A stretch of 64,000 nucleotides of DNA from an uncultured Acidobacteriota bacterium (GCA_963700145.1 OY969474.1:4800001-4864000); one strand, 5' to 3'. Positions 1-13,772 are shown, numbered from the stretch's first letter. Numbers and translations are program-made. The notes: generated from the letters alone by a model not told the origin.

Positions 1-555
<555 letters not shown>

Positions 556-591
556 GGCTTCTCCTTTGGTCTTCGTTAACCTGGCCAGGCG

Positions 592-1350
592 CTACTGCAC
601 CTGGAAGTTGACGGTCAGCGTGTAATAGACCTTGACCGGTCGGCCCTGCAGCGTCGCCGGCTTGAAACGCCAGTTCTGTACCGCTTCCAGGGCGGCCCGG
701 TCGAGACCCATGGGCAGTCCCTTGAGGACGCGCGCGTTCACCACGCGCCCGCTTTCGTCGATGATCGCCTCGATGATGACGATGCCGGTCAGCCGCGCCT
801 TGCGCGCCATCTCGGTGTAGACCGGGTTGGAGCCGGAGAGCTTCTCCGGCCGGGTGACCGCGCCGCCCACCCGCAGCGGCTCGTCGTTGGTGACGCCCCC
901 CGGAACGCCCCCCGGGACGCCCCCCTCGACGCCGCCCGGGACGCCTCCCGGAACGCCGCCGGGGACGCCTCCCGGGACGCCTCCCGGGACGCCGACCAGG
1001 TTCTCGCTGACCGGCTCGGAGGTCGGCTCGGGGATCTCCTCCGGCACCTCGACCGGCTGCACCGGCTCGGTGGGGATGATCCTCGGCACCTCCTTCGGCA
1101 CCTCCGGCTTCGGCGTCGACGGCGCCGGGGGCGGCGGCGGCGGGGGAGGCGGCGGCGGGGGCGGCGGCGCCGAGGTCACGAAGAGCACGTTGATCGGCGG
1201 CTCGGGCACCTCGTCCACCTGCCAGTAGCTGGCGAGCAGGAAGGCGCCGCCGACCAAGACGTGCAGGAGGATCGCGATCGGCAGGATGAAGACCCGCCGC
1301 GACTTCTTGTGGCTCTTTTCGGACAGGGAGAGCAGTGAGTTCTCGAACAT
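592..1350 (-). CDS. tonB: TonB family energy transducer
   Basis: N-terminal TM, poly-Pro and GVPG linker, C-terminal TonB domain (PVYTEMARKARLTG...LDRAALEAVQNWRFKPA). Confidence 0.92.
   Translation of the reverse strand: MFENSLLSLSEKSHKKSRRVFILPIAILLHVLVGGAFLLASYWQVDEVPEPPINVLFVTSAPPPPPPPPPPPPPPAPSTPKPEVPKEVPRIIPTEPVQPVEVPEEIPEPTSEPVSENLVGVPGGVPGGVPGGVPGGVPGGVEGGVPGGVPGGVTNDEPLRVGGAVTRPEKLSGSNPVYTEMARKARLTGIVIIEAIIDESGRVVNARVLKGLPMGLDRAALEAVQNWRFKPATLQGRPVKVYYTLTVNFQVQ
890..995 (-). repeat. 12-bp coding tandem repeat (GVPG/GVEG) in the TonB linker
   Basis: GVPGGVPGGVPG... visible in the translation. Confidence 0.85.
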
Positions 1351-1362
1351 GGTCGCTCCCGT

Positions 1363-2214
1363 CTAAGTGCCTTCGTTGCCTTTGGTCTCGGCGGCCGCCT
1401 TGGCCGCCGCCTTCTTCTCGGCCTCCTGCTGCTTCTTGCGCAGGTCGAGGGCCTTCTTCATCCATTCGTCGGCCAGAGCCACGTACTCCAGCCGCTTGGT
1501 GCCGTCCATCTCCAGCTTGGCCTTCTCGCGGAACATCAGGTTGTAGTAGGCCATGGCCTCGAAGTAATCGGGCTTGACGTCGAGCGCCCGCTTCAGGGCC
1601 TCGAGGCCGGTGTCCACCATCTTGCTGCGCTGCTCGTAGTTGAGGTTGGGATTGCGGTACGCCTGGTCCCAGGCCGAGACGCCGACCGAGTAGAGGACCT
1701 CGGCCTGGTTGGGGCCGGTCATCTGCTGCGCCACCTGCCAGGCCTCGTCGTACCGGCCGGCCTGGATCAGGATGTTGACCTGGGCGCGGATGATGTCGGG
1801 ATCCTGCGGATCGCCGCGCTCGCGCAAGTACGCGAGCGCCTCGTCGAAGCGCTTGGTCTGGACCAGGGTGGTGAGGAGGTACTCGCGGACCTTCTCGTTG
1901 TCGGGGTAGTCCTCGAGATACTTCTTGAAGCCATCGATCGCCGTCTCGGCGTACTGCATGTTCTGCGGGCTCGGGTCGCCCGGGCGGAAGAGGGCGAGGG
2001 CGGTCAGCCCCGCCGAGCGCCAGGCGAAGGTGGCGCTGGGGTCGAGCTCGAGGCCCTTCTTGAAATGGGCCAGCGCCTGCCGGTACTCCTCCTGCTGGTA
2101 GAACGCGTTGCCCTGCTTGAACTCGACCCGCGCCTGCACCTTGTTGCAGCCCGCGAGCAGCGGCGCCGCGAGGAGCGCTACGGCGAAGACGACCTTCGTT
2201 CTATGCATTGTCAC
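1363..2214 (-). CDS. TPR-repeat lipoprotein in the TonB operon
   Basis: Lipobox LAGC; TPR-like helices (FKQGNAFYQQEEYRQALAHFKKGLELDP; ALDVKPDYFEAMAYYNL). Confidence 0.8.
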   Translation of the reverse strand: MTMHRTKVVFAVALLAAPLLAGCNKVQARVEFKQGNAFYQQEEYRQALAHFKKGLELDPSATFAWRSAGLTALALFRPGDPSPQNMQYAETAIDGFKKYLEDYPDNEKVREYLLTTLVQTKRFDEALAYLRERGDPQDPDIIRAQVNILIQAGRYDEAWQVAQQMTGPNQAEVLYSVGVSAWDQAYRNPNLNYEQRSKMVDTGLEALKRALDVKPDYFEAMAYYNLMFREKAKLEMDGTKRLEYVALADEWMKKALDLRKKQQEAEKKAAAKAAAETKGNEGT

Positions 2215-2318
2215 CTCTCTCAGAGCGAGATGGGCCGACCGCAGTTCGCGAGTTCGCGTTCCCAGGCTCCGCGGGCAGGTACTTGGGGAGCGCGAGTCTA
2301 ACTCTCATAGGGCTCCTG

Positions 2319-3599
2319 TCAAGCTGGCACCTCTTGCAAAGCGGGCGCCCGCTTCTCCCCTTTAGACACCACGACCGCCGCCGCCAGATCCCCGCTGACG
2401 TTGAGGACCGTCCGGCACATGTCCAGGAAGCGATCGACGCCCAGGATCAGGCCGATCCCCTCGACCGGGATGCCGACCAGGCCGAGGATCATGGCGACCA
2501 CCGGGATCGAGCCGGAGGGGACGCCGGCGGTGCCGATCCCCCCCAGGATGCAGATCACCACCACCGTCGCCTGCTGGGCGAGCGTCAGCTCGATGCCGTA
2601 GAACTGCGCCAGGAAGAGGACGGTTACCCCCTCGAAGAGGGCGGTGCCGTTCTGGTTCATGGTGGCGCCGACGGTGAGGACGAAGCGGCTGACGGCGGGG
2701 GGGAGCCGCAGCTCCTCCTCGGCGACCCGCAGGGCTGTGGGCAGGGTGGCGTTGCTGGACGAGGTCGAGAAGGCGGTGACCATCGCCTCCTGAATGCCGC
2801 GGAAGAAGGCCACCGGGCTCATGCCGCCCAGCAGGCGCACCGCGAGCGAGTAAACGACGAGCTGATGCAATGCCAGGGCCAGCAGCACGACGAAGACGTA
2901 GCGGGCGAGCTGGGCGAGGATCTCGTAGCCCAGGTCGGCGGTGAGGTTGAAGAGCAGGGCGAAGACGCCGATCGGGGCCACGGCCAGGACGACGTGGATC
3001 AGCCGCATGCTGATCTCGAAGAGGCCCTCGACGGCGTGGCCGAAGCGCTCGGCGGCCGGCGTCTGGGTGAGGGCGAGGCCGATCCCCACCATGAGGGAGA
3101 AGAAGATGACCGCCAACATGTCGCCGTTGGCTGCCGCCTTGACCGGGTTGTCGGGGACGATGTTGGTGAGCAGGTCCATCCCGGTGGCCGGGGCGGCGGC
3201 GGTCGAGAGGTTGGCCGAGCGCTCGGCGGCGCCGGCGAGCAGCCGCTGGCGGAGCTCGGGCGAGATGCCGTCCCCGGGCCGGATGACGTTGACCAGGGTG
3301 ATGCCGATGAGCACCGCGATCGCCGAGACGACGACGGTGTAGGCGAGGGTCTTCGCCCCCACCCGGCCGAGGTTCCGCGGGTCCCCCATGCCGGCCACCC
3401 CGAGCACCAGGGCCGAGAAGAGGAGCGGGATGACCAGCATGAAGAGCAGCCGGAGGAAGATCTTCCCCACCGGGCCGGTGACGTAGGTGACGAAGGTCTT
3501 GAGGGCGGGGTCGTCGCCGAGCAGCAGGTGGGCGGCGATGCCGAGCAGGGCGCCGAGGGCGCCGCCGATCAGGATGCGGCTGTGGAGGGAGATCCGCAT
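2319..3599 (-). CDS. Dicarboxylate/amino acid:cation symporter (DAACS/GltP family)
   Basis: AFSTSSSNATLP, GATMNQNGTALF and GVDRFLDMCRT motifs. Start placed at MRISLHSRI (3599). Confidence 0.93.
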   Translation of the reverse strand: MRISLHSRILIGGALGALLGIAAHLLLGDDPALKTFVTYVTGPVGKIFLRLLFMLVIPLLFSALVLGVAGMGDPRNLGRVGAKTLAYTVVVSAIAVLIGITLVNVIRPGDGISPELRQRLLAGAAERSANLSTAAAPATGMDLLTNIVPDNPVKAAANGDMLAVIFFSLMVGIGLALTQTPAAERFGHAVEGLFEISMRLIHVVLAVAPIGVFALLFNLTADLGYEILAQLARYVFVVLLALALHQLVVYSLAVRLLGGMSPVAFFRGIQEAMVTAFSTSSSNATLPTALRVAEEELRLPPAVSRFVLTVGATMNQNGTALFEGVTVLFLAQFYGIELTLAQQATVVVICILGGIGTAGVPSGSIPVVAMILGLVGIPVEGIGLILGVDRFLDMCRTVLNVSGDLAAAVVVSKGEKRAPALQEVPA

Positions 3600-3728
3600 G
3601 GCCTCGAGAGGCAGGCGGGGATCGTAGAGGAAAAGGGGACGGGCGCAAAGCGGCGCGCTCCCTTGGCTCCGCCCGGCGCCGCGTGACAGACTCCGCCGGC
3701 TCGAAAACAGGGCCCGTCCCAGACGGAG

Positions 3729-5516
3729 GTGCGCGTGCTGCGAGGCCTCTTCCGCACCAAGTCGCTCAACGCCATCCTCGCCTCGACCGAGGCGCCGGAG
3801 CTGGCGCTCAAACGCTCGCTCGGCGCGGTGCAGCTCACCATGCTGGGGATCGGCGCGGTGATCGGCGCCGGCATCTTCTCGACGGTCGGCACCGCGGCGG
3901 CGGGCGGCGCCAACCACCCCGGCGCGGGCCCGGCGCTCATCCTCTCGTTCGTCCTCACCGCCGTGACCTGCGGCTTCGCCGCCCTCTGCTACGCCGAGTT
4001 CGCGTCGATGGTGCCGGTCTCCGGCTCGGCCTACACCTACTCCTACGCCACGTTGGGCGAGCTGGTGGGGTGGATCATCGGCTGGGACCTGATCATCGAG
4101 TACGCGGTCGGCAACGTGGCGGTGGCGATCTCCTGGTCCGGGTACTTCCAGGAGCTGCTGCGCGGCTTCGGCCTGGAGCTCCCGAAGTGGCTGGGGACCG
4201 ACTACCGCACCGCCTTCCAGGCCGCCGAGCAGGTGGCGGGCGCGCGCGCCGACGGCGTCGACCCCGCGACGCTGGGGATCGCGGTCGAGCGCGCCGCCCA
4301 GGCCCTGGTCGACGCGCCGCGGCTCCTCGGGTTCCCGCTCGTCTTCAACCTGCCGGCCTTCCTCATCGTCATGCTGGTGACCTGCGTGCTGGTCGTCGGG
4401 ATCAGGGAGAGCGCCTGGTTCAACACCTCGATGGTGGCGCTCAAGCTCGCGATCATCGGCTTCTTCGTGGTCCTCGGCGCCTTCTACGTCAAGCCCGAGA
4501 ACTGGACGCCGTTCGCCCCCAACGGCTTCGCCGGCATCGCCGGGGCGGCGGCGATCATCTTCTTCGCCTACATCGGCTTCGACGCCGTCTCGACCGCGGC
4601 GGAGGAGACCAAGAACCCGAAGCGGGACATGCCGATCGCCATCCTCGGCAGCCTCGCCGTCTGCACGGTGATCTACATCGCGGTGGCCGCGGTCTTGACC
4701 GGCATGCTCCCCTGGCGGCAGCTCGGCACCGCCGAGCCGCTGGCCACCGCCTTCTCCGGGCTGGGGATGACCTGGCCGGCCTTCATCATCTCGCTCGGCG
4801 CGGTCTTCGCCACCACCTCGGTGCTCGTCGTCTTCCAGCTCGGCCAGCCGCGCATCTTCTTCTCGATGGCGCGCGACGGCCTGCTACCGCCCTGGGCCGC
4901 CAAGGTCCACCCGCGTTACCGCACCCCGCACGTCACCACCTGGGTGACCGGCATCGTGGTCGCCGTCTTCGCCGGCCTCGCCAACATCAACGAGGTCGTC
5001 GAGCTGACCAACATCGGCACCCTCTTCGCCTTTCTGCTGGTCTGCGTCGGGGTGACGATCCTGCGCTACAAGGACCCGGGGCGGCCGCGCGGCTTCCGGG
5101 TGCCGTTCGGGCCCTGGATCGTGCCGATGCTGGGCGCCGCCTCCTGCCTCTTCCTGATGTTCTACCTGCCGCCCGCCTCCTGGTGGCGTTTCATCGGCTG
5201 GCTGGTCCTGGGGATGGCCGTCTATCTCTTCTACGGCTACAGCCACAGCGCGGTCGGGCGGGAAGCGGGCCGACCGGCGCGCACGACCGGCGCCCAGGAG
5301 ACCGCCGCGCTCGGCTTCCTCCTCGCCGCCGCGGGCCTCTTCTTCATTCCCCACGACGCCGGCCCCGCCGAGCTGCTGCGCGAGGCCGTCACCAGCGGCG
5401 CCGAAGGCCACTGGCGGGCGCTCGGCGGGCTGTCGCTCCTGGCGGTAGGTGCAGTCCTCGCCGCCGCCGGCGCGGCCCTCGAGACGCGGCGGGCGGTGCA
5501 GAGCCGGGGGGCATGA
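3729..5516 (+). CDS. APC family amino acid permease
   Basis: [53 protein letters not shown] motifs. Confidence 0.93.
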   Translation: MRVLRGLFRTKSLNAILASTEAPELALKRSLGAVQLTMLGIGAVIGAGIFSTVGTAAAGGANHPGAGPALILSFVLTAVTCGFAALCYAEFASMVPVSGSAYTYSYATLGELVGWIIGWDLIIEYAVGNVAVAISWSGYFQELLRGFGLELPKWLGTDYRTAFQAAEQVAGARADGVDPATLGIAVERAAQALVDAPRLLGFPLVFNLPAFLIVMLVTCVLVVGIRESAWFNTSMVALKLAIIGFFVVLGAFYVKPENWTPFAPNGFAGIAGAAAIIFFAYIGFDAVSTAAEETKNPKRDMPIAILGSLAVCTVIYIAVAAVLTGMLPWRQLGTAEPLATAFSGLGMTWPAFIISLGAVFATTSVLVVFQLGQPRIFFSMARDGLLPPWAAKVHPRYRTPHVTTWVTGIVVAVFAGLANINEVVELTNIGTLFAFLLVCVGVTILRYKDPGRPRGFRVPFGPWIVPMLGAASCLFLMFYLPPASWWRFIGWLVLGMAVYLFYGYSHSAVGREAGRPARTTGAQETAALGFLLAAAGLFFIPHDAGPAELLREAVTSGAEGHWRALGGLSLLAVGAVLAAAGAALETRRAVQSRGA

Positions 5517-7522
5517 CCCTCACCCTCCTCGCCACCGCCTTCCTGGCCTTGATGGCCGTTGCCTACCGGCTCTACGGCGGCTGGGTGGCGAAGCAGTTCG
5601 CGCTCGACGACGGGCGGACGACGCCGGCGCGGGCGCTGGAGGACGGGGTGGATTACGTCCCCACCCGCCCCTTCTACCTCTTCGCCCAGCACTTCGCGGC
5701 CATCGCCGCCGCCGGGCCGATCGCCGGGCCGATCATCGCCGCCCAGGCCTATGGCTGGCTGCCGTGCCTGCTCTGGATCGGCCTCGGAGTGGTGCTGATC
5801 GGCGCGGTCCACGACTTCGCCAGCCTCACCGCCTCGGTGCGCCACGGCGCCCGGTCGGTGGCCGAGATCGCGCGCGAGCACCTGGGCCGGCGCGCCGGCC
5901 TGGCGATGATGGCCTTCATCTGGATCGCGCTCGTCTACGTCATCGTCGCCTTCGCCGACATCACGGCGCGCAGCTTCGTCGTCGGCAGCGAGGAGCTGGC
6001 CGGCGCGACCGCCGGGGACGGTTTCCACCCCGGCGGCGCCGTCGCCGCGGCCTCGGTCCTCTACCTCCTCCTCTCGCTCGTCCTCGGCTTGGTGCAGCGG
6101 TACCTCAAGCCGCCGCTCTGGCTGGCGACCGCCGTCTTCGTCCCCGCCGCCTTCGCCCTCGCCTGGCTGGGGACCAGGCTCTCCCACCTCTTCGTCCTCG
6201 ACTACAAGGTCTGGGTCTTCGGCATCCTGGCCTACTGCGCCCTCGCCTCGGTGGTGCCGGTCTGGACGCTGCTGCAGCCGCGCGGCTACCTCGGCGGCTT
6301 CATCCTCTACTCGGCGCTGGCGCTGGGGGTGATCGGCATCTTCTTCGGCGGCTACGAGATCCGCCAGGCGCCGTTCAAGACCTGGGACGTGGGCGGCATG
6401 ACCGGCACCCTCTTCCCCTTCCTCTTCGTCACCATCGCCTGCGGCGCCTGCTCGGGCTTCCACGGCCTGGTCTGCTCGGGCACCACCTCGAAGCAGGTGG
6501 ACCGCGAGTCCCACCTCCAGCCGGTGGGCTTCGGCGCCATGCTCGCCGAGGGGTTCGTGGCGGTCATCGCGCTGGTGACGGTGATGATCGCGGCGCCGTC
6601 CGAGCTCGAGGGCCTCGCGCCGGGGACCGTCTACGGCAACGGCATCGGCCGCTTCCTGACCCTGCTGATCGGCGCCGAGCGGCTGCCCTTCGCCATCACC
6701 TTCGGCGCCATGGCCTTCTCGACCTTCGTCTTCGATACCCTCGACGTCTGCACCCGCCTCGGCCGCTACATCGTGCAGGAGCTGTGCGGCTGGCGCGGCC
6801 CGGCCGGGGTGGCGGCCGGGACCCTCGCCACGATCGTCCCGCCCGTCCTCCTCCTCGGTTGGGCGGGGGAGGGGATGTGGGCCAAGTTCTGGACCCTCTT
6901 CGGCGCCTCGAACCAGCTCCTGGCGGCGCTCACGCTCCTCGCCGTCACCGTCTGGCTCCACCAGGCGCGCCGGCGGCTGGCCTTCACCTTGCTTCCGATG
7001 CTCTTCGTGCTGACGATCACCCTCTGGGCGCTGGGCAAGCTCTTCGTCGCCAACCTGGCGGCCACCGAGGGGCTCGACGTCGAGCTGATCAACGCGGTGG
7101 CCTCCGGCCTCCTCGTCGTCCTCGCCCTCTACTTCGTGGTCGCCGCCCTGGTGAAAGTCGTCCTCGACCGGCGGCGCGGCGCACTGCCGGCGGCCGCGCT
7201 CCTGGTCCTCCTCGCCCTCGGCGTCGGGCTCGGCGCCGGGCCGTACCCGTGCCGGATGGAAGACCAGGCGGGGCAAGCGACCGCGGCGGAGCCACCCCCG
7301 TGCCACGCCGGCATGGCGCAGAACGCGCCAGAAGGTGCAGGCGACGAGGGCGACACCGACCCCGAGCGCCTCCTCTGCGACAAGGCGTGCGGCGCGCCGG
7401 CGACCGTCGCCGCCCAGCCGGCCCTCGCCGCCATGGAGCCGCTCGAGCGGCTGGCAACGGTTCGCGTGCAGCTTCTCCCCACCCGCTTCACGCCACCCCT
7501 CGACCACATCCCCCTCGCCTGA
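5513..7522 (+). CDS. cstA: Carbon starvation protein CstA (peptide/pyruvate transporter) with an extra ~120-aa Cys/His-rich C-terminal module
   Basis: ATG at 5513 overlaps the upstream stop (ATGA). [46 protein letters not shown] motifs. The ORF continues past the usual CstA end. Confidence 0.88.
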   Translation: MTLTLLATAFLALMAVAYRLYGGWVAKQFALDDGRTTPARALEDGVDYVPTRPFYLFAQHFAAIAAAGPIAGPIIAAQAYGWLPCLLWIGLGVVLIGAVHDFASLTASVRHGARSVAEIAREHLGRRAGLAMMAFIWIALVYVIVAFADITARSFVVGSEELAGATAGDGFHPGGAVAAASVLYLLLSLVLGLVQRYLKPPLWLATAVFVPAAFALAWLGTRLSHLFVLDYKVWVFGILAYCALASVVPVWTLLQPRGYLGGFILYSALALGVIGIFFGGYEIRQAPFKTWDVGGMTGTLFPFLFVTIACGACSGFHGLVCSGTTSKQVDRESHLQPVGFGAMLAEGFVAVIALVTVMIAAPSELEGLAPGTVYGNGIGRFLTLLIGAERLPFAITFGAMAFSTFVFDTLDVCTRLGRYIVQELCGWRGPAGVAAGTLATIVPPVLLLGWAGEGMWAKFWTLFGASNQLLAALTLLAVTVWLHQARRRLAFTLLPMLFVLTITLWALGKLFVANLAATEGLDVELINAVASGLLVVLALYFVVAALVKVVLDRRRGALPAAALLVLLALGVGLGAGPYPCRMEDQAGQATAAEPPPCHAGMAQNAPEGAGDEGDTDPERLLCDKACGAPATVAAQPALAAMEPLERLATVRVQLLPTRFTPPLDHIPLA

Positions 7523-7545
7523 GCGCTCCCAGTCCCTGAGGCCCG

Positions 7546-7566
7546 TCCCGCCGATGGTCGGCGGGA
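7546..7566 (+). promoter_or_regulatory. Perfect 9-bp hairpin just upstream of the RBS of the His-rich barrel gene
   Basis: TCCCGCCGA-TGG-TCGGCGGGA, followed by GAGGAG and the ATG at 7586. Confidence 0.45.
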
Positions 7567-7585
7567 GCCGTCGAGGAGCATCTCC

Positions 7586-9007
7586 ATGCGCGAGCACCAC
7601 CCGATCGCCTGTTCGCTTTTCGCCGCGGCCCTCTGGCTCGCGGCGCCCCTGGCCGCCCAGCACCAGCACGAGCCGCCACCCAGACCGCCCGAGGAGCAGG
7701 CGGAGCCGCGTCCCGCCCAGCCGCCGCCGGCCGAGAAGCCGGCGGAGCCCGCGCCCCCCGCCGAGCACGGCGAGCACGCCGCCGCCGCGGAGGGCGGCCA
7801 TGCCGCCGGCGCCGGCCACGCCATTCCCGCCTTCTACGGGCCCTACCCGATGACTCGCGAGTCCTCCGGCACCGCCTGGCAGCCGGAGTCGGCGCCGCAC
7901 CCGGGGCACCATTTCCGCCACGGCGACTGGGACCTGATGCTCCACGGCCATGCCGCCCTCATCTACGACGAGCAGGACGGCCCGCGCGGCGACAGCGACC
8001 TCTTCAGCGCCAACATGCTGATGCTGATGGGCAACCGCCCGGCCGGCCGCGGGCGCGCCGGCTTCCGCGCCATGCTCTCGGCCGAGCCCTGGACGATCGG
8101 CGACGAGGGCTACCCGCTGCTGCTGCAGACCGGCGAGACCGCCGACGGCCGCACGCCGCTGGTCGACCGCCAGCACCCGCATGACCTCTTCATGGAGCTG
8201 GCTGGCACTTACACCCTGCCGCTCGACGGCGACTCCTCGGTCTTCGTCTACCTGGCCCTGCCGGGGGAGCCGGCGCTCGGGCCGCCGGCCTTCATGCACC
8301 GCTTCAGCGGCTGGGAGAACCCGGAGGCGCCGCTCGCCCACCACTGGCTCGACTCGACGCACATCACCTACGGCGTCGCCACGCTCGGCTGGGTGCGCGG
8401 CGGCTGGAAGCTCGAGGGGTCGCTCTTCACCGGCCGCGAGCCGGACGAGCGGCGCGAGGACTTGGAGGGGCCGAAGATGGACTCCTGGTCGCTGCGCGCC
8501 TCCTGGCAGCCGGCGCCCGACTGGTCGTTCCAGGTAAGCCACGGCCGGCTGGAGAGCCCCGAGCAGCTCGAGCCGGAGGTGGACACCGCGCGCACCAGCG
8601 CCTCGGCCATCTACAACCGCCGGCTGGCGGGCGGCACCTGGCAGACCACGTTCGCCTGGGGCCGGAACGCCAAGGACCCGGGCGCGACGACGGACGCCCT
8701 GCTGCTGGAGTCGGCCCTGGGCCGCGGCCGCCACACCGTCTTCGCCCGCGCCGAGCGGCTGGAGAACGACGAGCTGTTCGGGCACGGCCATGAAGATGGA
8801 AACGGCCACGGCGAGGACCACCTCGAAGGACGCGTCTTCACCGTCGGCAAGCTGACCCTCGGCGGCCTCGACGACTTCTGGACGCGCGGCGCGCTGCGGG
8901 CCGGCGCCGGCGCCCTGGTGAGCGTCGCGCTGCTGCCGCGCGAGCTGGAAGAAACCTACGGCGACACGCCTCTCTCCTGGATGGTCTTCGCCCGCCTGCG
9001 GCTGTAG
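7586..9007 (+). CDS. Secreted His/Met-rich putative outer-membrane beta-barrel protein (probably metal-related)
   Basis: Signal peptide, His-rich N-terminus, ESSGTAWQP, DRQHPHDLFMEL and HHWLDSTHIT motifs, alternating beta-strand pattern, C-terminal VFARLRL. Confidence 0.65.
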   Translation: MREHHPIACSLFAAALWLAAPLAAQHQHEPPPRPPEEQAEPRPAQPPPAEKPAEPAPPAEHGEHAAAAEGGHAAGAGHAIPAFYGPYPMTRESSGTAWQPESAPHPGHHFRHGDWDLMLHGHAALIYDEQDGPRGDSDLFSANMLMLMGNRPAGRGRAGFRAMLSAEPWTIGDEGYPLLLQTGETADGRTPLVDRQHPHDLFMELAGTYTLPLDGDSSVFVYLALPGEPALGPPAFMHRFSGWENPEAPLAHHWLDSTHITYGVATLGWVRGGWKLEGSLFTGREPDERREDLEGPKMDSWSLRASWQPAPDWSFQVSHGRLESPEQLEPEVDTARTSASAIYNRRLAGGTWQTTFAWGRNAKDPGATTDALLLESALGRGRHTVFARAERLENDELFGHGHEDGNGHGEDHLEGRVFTVGKLTLGGLDDFWTRGALRAGAGALVSVALLPRELEETYGDTPLSWMVFARLRL

Positions 9008-9030
9008 AGTCGCGGCGCCGGAAAAAACCC

Positions 9031-10347
9031 ATGGAACCGAAGGTCCAGCTCTCGGCGGCCGAGCTCGAGGACGCCTGGCGCGTCCTCTCGCTCGAAGACC
9101 GCGTCGAGGGCTTCGAGATCCTGCCGCCCGCCGAGGCGGAGGAGTTCCTGCGCTCGCTCGACGCGCGGGACATCGCCGAGCTGATGGCGGCCCTCCCCCC
9201 CGGCCGCCGGCGGCTCTGGATGCGCTTCCTCGAGCCGGACGACGCCGCCGACGTGCTGCAGGAGGCCGACCCCGAGCTGCGCGAAGAGCTCCTCGCCGTC
9301 CTCGACGAGCCCACCCGCAAGGAGGTCAGGGCCCTCGCCGCCTACGCCGAGGACGAGGCCGGCGGCCTGATGAACCCGCGCTACGCGCGGGTGCGGCCCG
9401 AGATGACGACCGACGAGGCGATCGGCTACCTGCGCCGCCAGTCGCGCGAGCGGGTGGAGACGATCTACTACGTCTACGTCCTCGACGCGCAGCAGCACCT
9501 GCTAGGCGTGGTCTCGCTGCGCGAGCTCTTCTCGGCGCCCGGCGACGCCAGGATGCAGGACCTGTTGCACGCCGACCTCGTCACCATCACCGAAGAGACA
9601 GACCAGGAGGAGGTCTCGCAGCTCCTCGCCAAGCACGACCTGCTGGCCCTCCCGGTCGTCGACCACGAGGGGCGGATGAAGGGCATCGTCACCTTCGACG
9701 ACGTCGCCGACGTCGTCGTCGAGGAGGCGACCGAGGACATCCAGAAGCTGGGCGGCTCGGCGGCCCTGACCGAGCCTTATCTGGAGGCGGGGCTGGGGAA
9801 GATGGTGAGCAAGCGCGCCGGCTGGCTCTCCGCCCTCTTCTTGGGCGAGATGCTCACCACCTCGGCGATGGCCAGCTTCGAAGGCGAGATCGCGAAAGCC
9901 GTGGTGCTCGCCCTCTTCGTGCCGCTGATCATCTCGAGCGGCGGCAACTCGGGCTCCCAGGCCTCGACCCTCATCGTCCGCGCCCTGGCGCTCGGCGAGG
10001 TCCGTCTCCGCGACTGGTGGCGGGTGATCCGGCGGGAGGTGGTCGCCGGCGTCTGCCTGGGGAGCATCCTCGGAGGGATCGGCTTTGCCCGCGTAGTGCT
10101 CTGGGACGCCGCCTTCCACGCCTACGGCGACCACGGGACGGCGCTCGCCGTCACGGTCGCGGTGAGCCTGCTGGGGGTGGTGCTCTGGGGGACGCTGGTG
10201 GGCTCGATGCTGCCGCTGGTGCTCGACCGCCTGGGCTTCGACCCGGCGAGCGCCTCGGCCCCGTTCGTCGCCACGCTGGTCGACGTCACGGGCCTCCTCA
10301 TCTACTTCACGGCGGCGAGTCTTCTGCTGAAGGGATCTCTCCTGTAG
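9031..10347 (+). CDS. mgtE: Magnesium transporter MgtE
   Basis: CBS pair, EEATEDIQKLGG, GGNSGSQAST, DPASASAPFVATLVDVTG. Confidence 0.95.
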   Translation: MEPKVQLSAAELEDAWRVLSLEDRVEGFEILPPAEAEEFLRSLDARDIAELMAALPPGRRRLWMRFLEPDDAADVLQEADPELREELLAVLDEPTRKEVRALAAYAEDEAGGLMNPRYARVRPEMTTDEAIGYLRRQSRERVETIYYVYVLDAQQHLLGVVSLRELFSAPGDARMQDLLHADLVTITEETDQEEVSQLLAKHDLLALPVVDHEGRMKGIVTFDDVADVVVEEATEDIQKLGGSAALTEPYLEAGLGKMVSKRAGWLSALFLGEMLTTSAMASFEGEIAKAVVLALFVPLIISSGGNSGSQASTLIVRALALGEVRLRDWWRVIRREVVAGVCLGSILGGIGFARVVLWDAAFHAYGDHGTALAVTVAVSLLGVVLWGTLVGSMLPLVLDRLGFDPASASAPFVATLVDVTGLLIYFTAASLLLKGSLL

Positions 10348-11035
10348 AGGCGGAGCTCGCCTCCGCCCTGGCCGCCCGCCGCCGCTCCCGCCACCACTCG
10401 ACGACCGCGGGCAGGAGCGACACGAGGATGATCCCCAGGATCACCAGCGAGAAGTGCTCCTGCACGATGGGGAGGTTGCCGAAGAGGTAGCCCGAGATCG
10501 TGCAGAGCAGCACCCAGGCGGCGCCGCCGGCCACGTTGTAGGCCATGAAGTGCGGGTAGCTCATGTGCCCGAGGCCGGCGACGAACGGCGCGAAGGTGCG
10601 GACGATGGGGACGAAGCGGGCGATGACGATCGTCTTGCCGCCGTAGCGCTCGAAGAAGCGGGAGGTCTTGTCGAGGTGGTCCTGGCGGATGAGAAGAGGC
10701 TTCTCGCGGTGCACCAGCCAGGGGCCGAGCTTGCGGCCGATCCAGTAGTTGGCGGTGTCGCCGAGGACGGCGGCGACGAAGAGGACGATGAGGAGCCAGC
10801 CGAGCGACAGGGTCGGCGTCGAGGCGGCCAGCGCGCCGGCGCCGAAGAGGAGGGAGTCCCCCGGCAGGAACGGGGTGACCACCAGCCCCGTCTCGCAGAA
10901 GACGACGACGAAGAGCAGCAGGTAGCTCCACCCGCCGTAGGTCTCGACCAGCACCTCCAGGTGCCGGTCGAGGTGGAGGAAGAGATCGACGAGCTGCCAG
11001 AAGAGCTCGTTGAGCCGGTGGAGGAGGTCGACCAT
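10307..11035 (-). CDS. dedA: DedA family membrane protein
   Basis: FCETGLVVTPFLPGDSLLF, GDTANYWIG, IARFVPIVRTFAPFVAG. Confidence 0.95.
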   Translation of the reverse strand: MVDLLHRLNELFWQLVDLFLHLDRHLEVLVETYGGWSYLLLFVVVFCETGLVVTPFLPGDSLLFGAGALAASTPTLSLGWLLIVLFVAAVLGDTANYWIGRKLGPWLVHREKPLLIRQDHLDKTSRFFERYGGKTIVIARFVPIVRTFAPFVAGLGHMSYPHFMAYNVAGGAAWVLLCTISGYLFGNLPIVQEHFSLVILGIILVSLLPAVVEWWRERRRAARAEASSASTGEIPSAEDSPP

Positions 11036-11040
11036 TACCG

Positions 11041-11129
11041 TGTCATCCCGAGCGTAGCGAGGGATCTGGGCGGGGGAGGCAGCGCTCGCGGCCCCTGCCC
11101 CCAGATTCCTCGCTGCGCTCGGAATGACA
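11041..11129. repeat. REP/MITE-like palindromic element
   Basis: 30-bp inverted arms TGTCATCCCGAGCGTAGCGAGGGATCTGGG and CCCAGATTCCTCGCTGCGCTCGGAATGACA (27/30 complementary). Confidence 0.8.
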
Positions 11130-11150
11130 ATTCAGGCAGTCCAGAACCGC

Positions 11151-13592
<2,442 letters not shown>

Positions 13593-13678
13593 CTCTCCTC
13601 CGCAATCGTGGTCGTGGCTGTCGAGATTGACCGCCCGGCCGGAGGCCGGGGTGGGCGCGGGAAGGCTAACACGGGCCG

Positions 13679-13710
13679 AAGAAAAAGCGGGGGCGGGTTG
13701 GCCGCCCCCG
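13679..13710 (-). terminator. Rho-independent terminator after the porin gene
   Basis: On the minus strand: CGGGGGCGG-CCAAC-CCGCCCCCG followed by CTTTTTCTT. Confidence 0.7.
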
Positions 13711-13772
13711 GTCAGAGGACCGCAGGAGAAAGGGCCGGGCGCCGGGGGGCGGCCGGCCTCGGGTTTGCGCCG

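Noticed and set aside
3683-5512. 1279-aa ORF as a single giant CstA fusion
   Set aside because: The N-terminal part is an off-frame shadow of the APC permease; the real start is the ATG at 5513.
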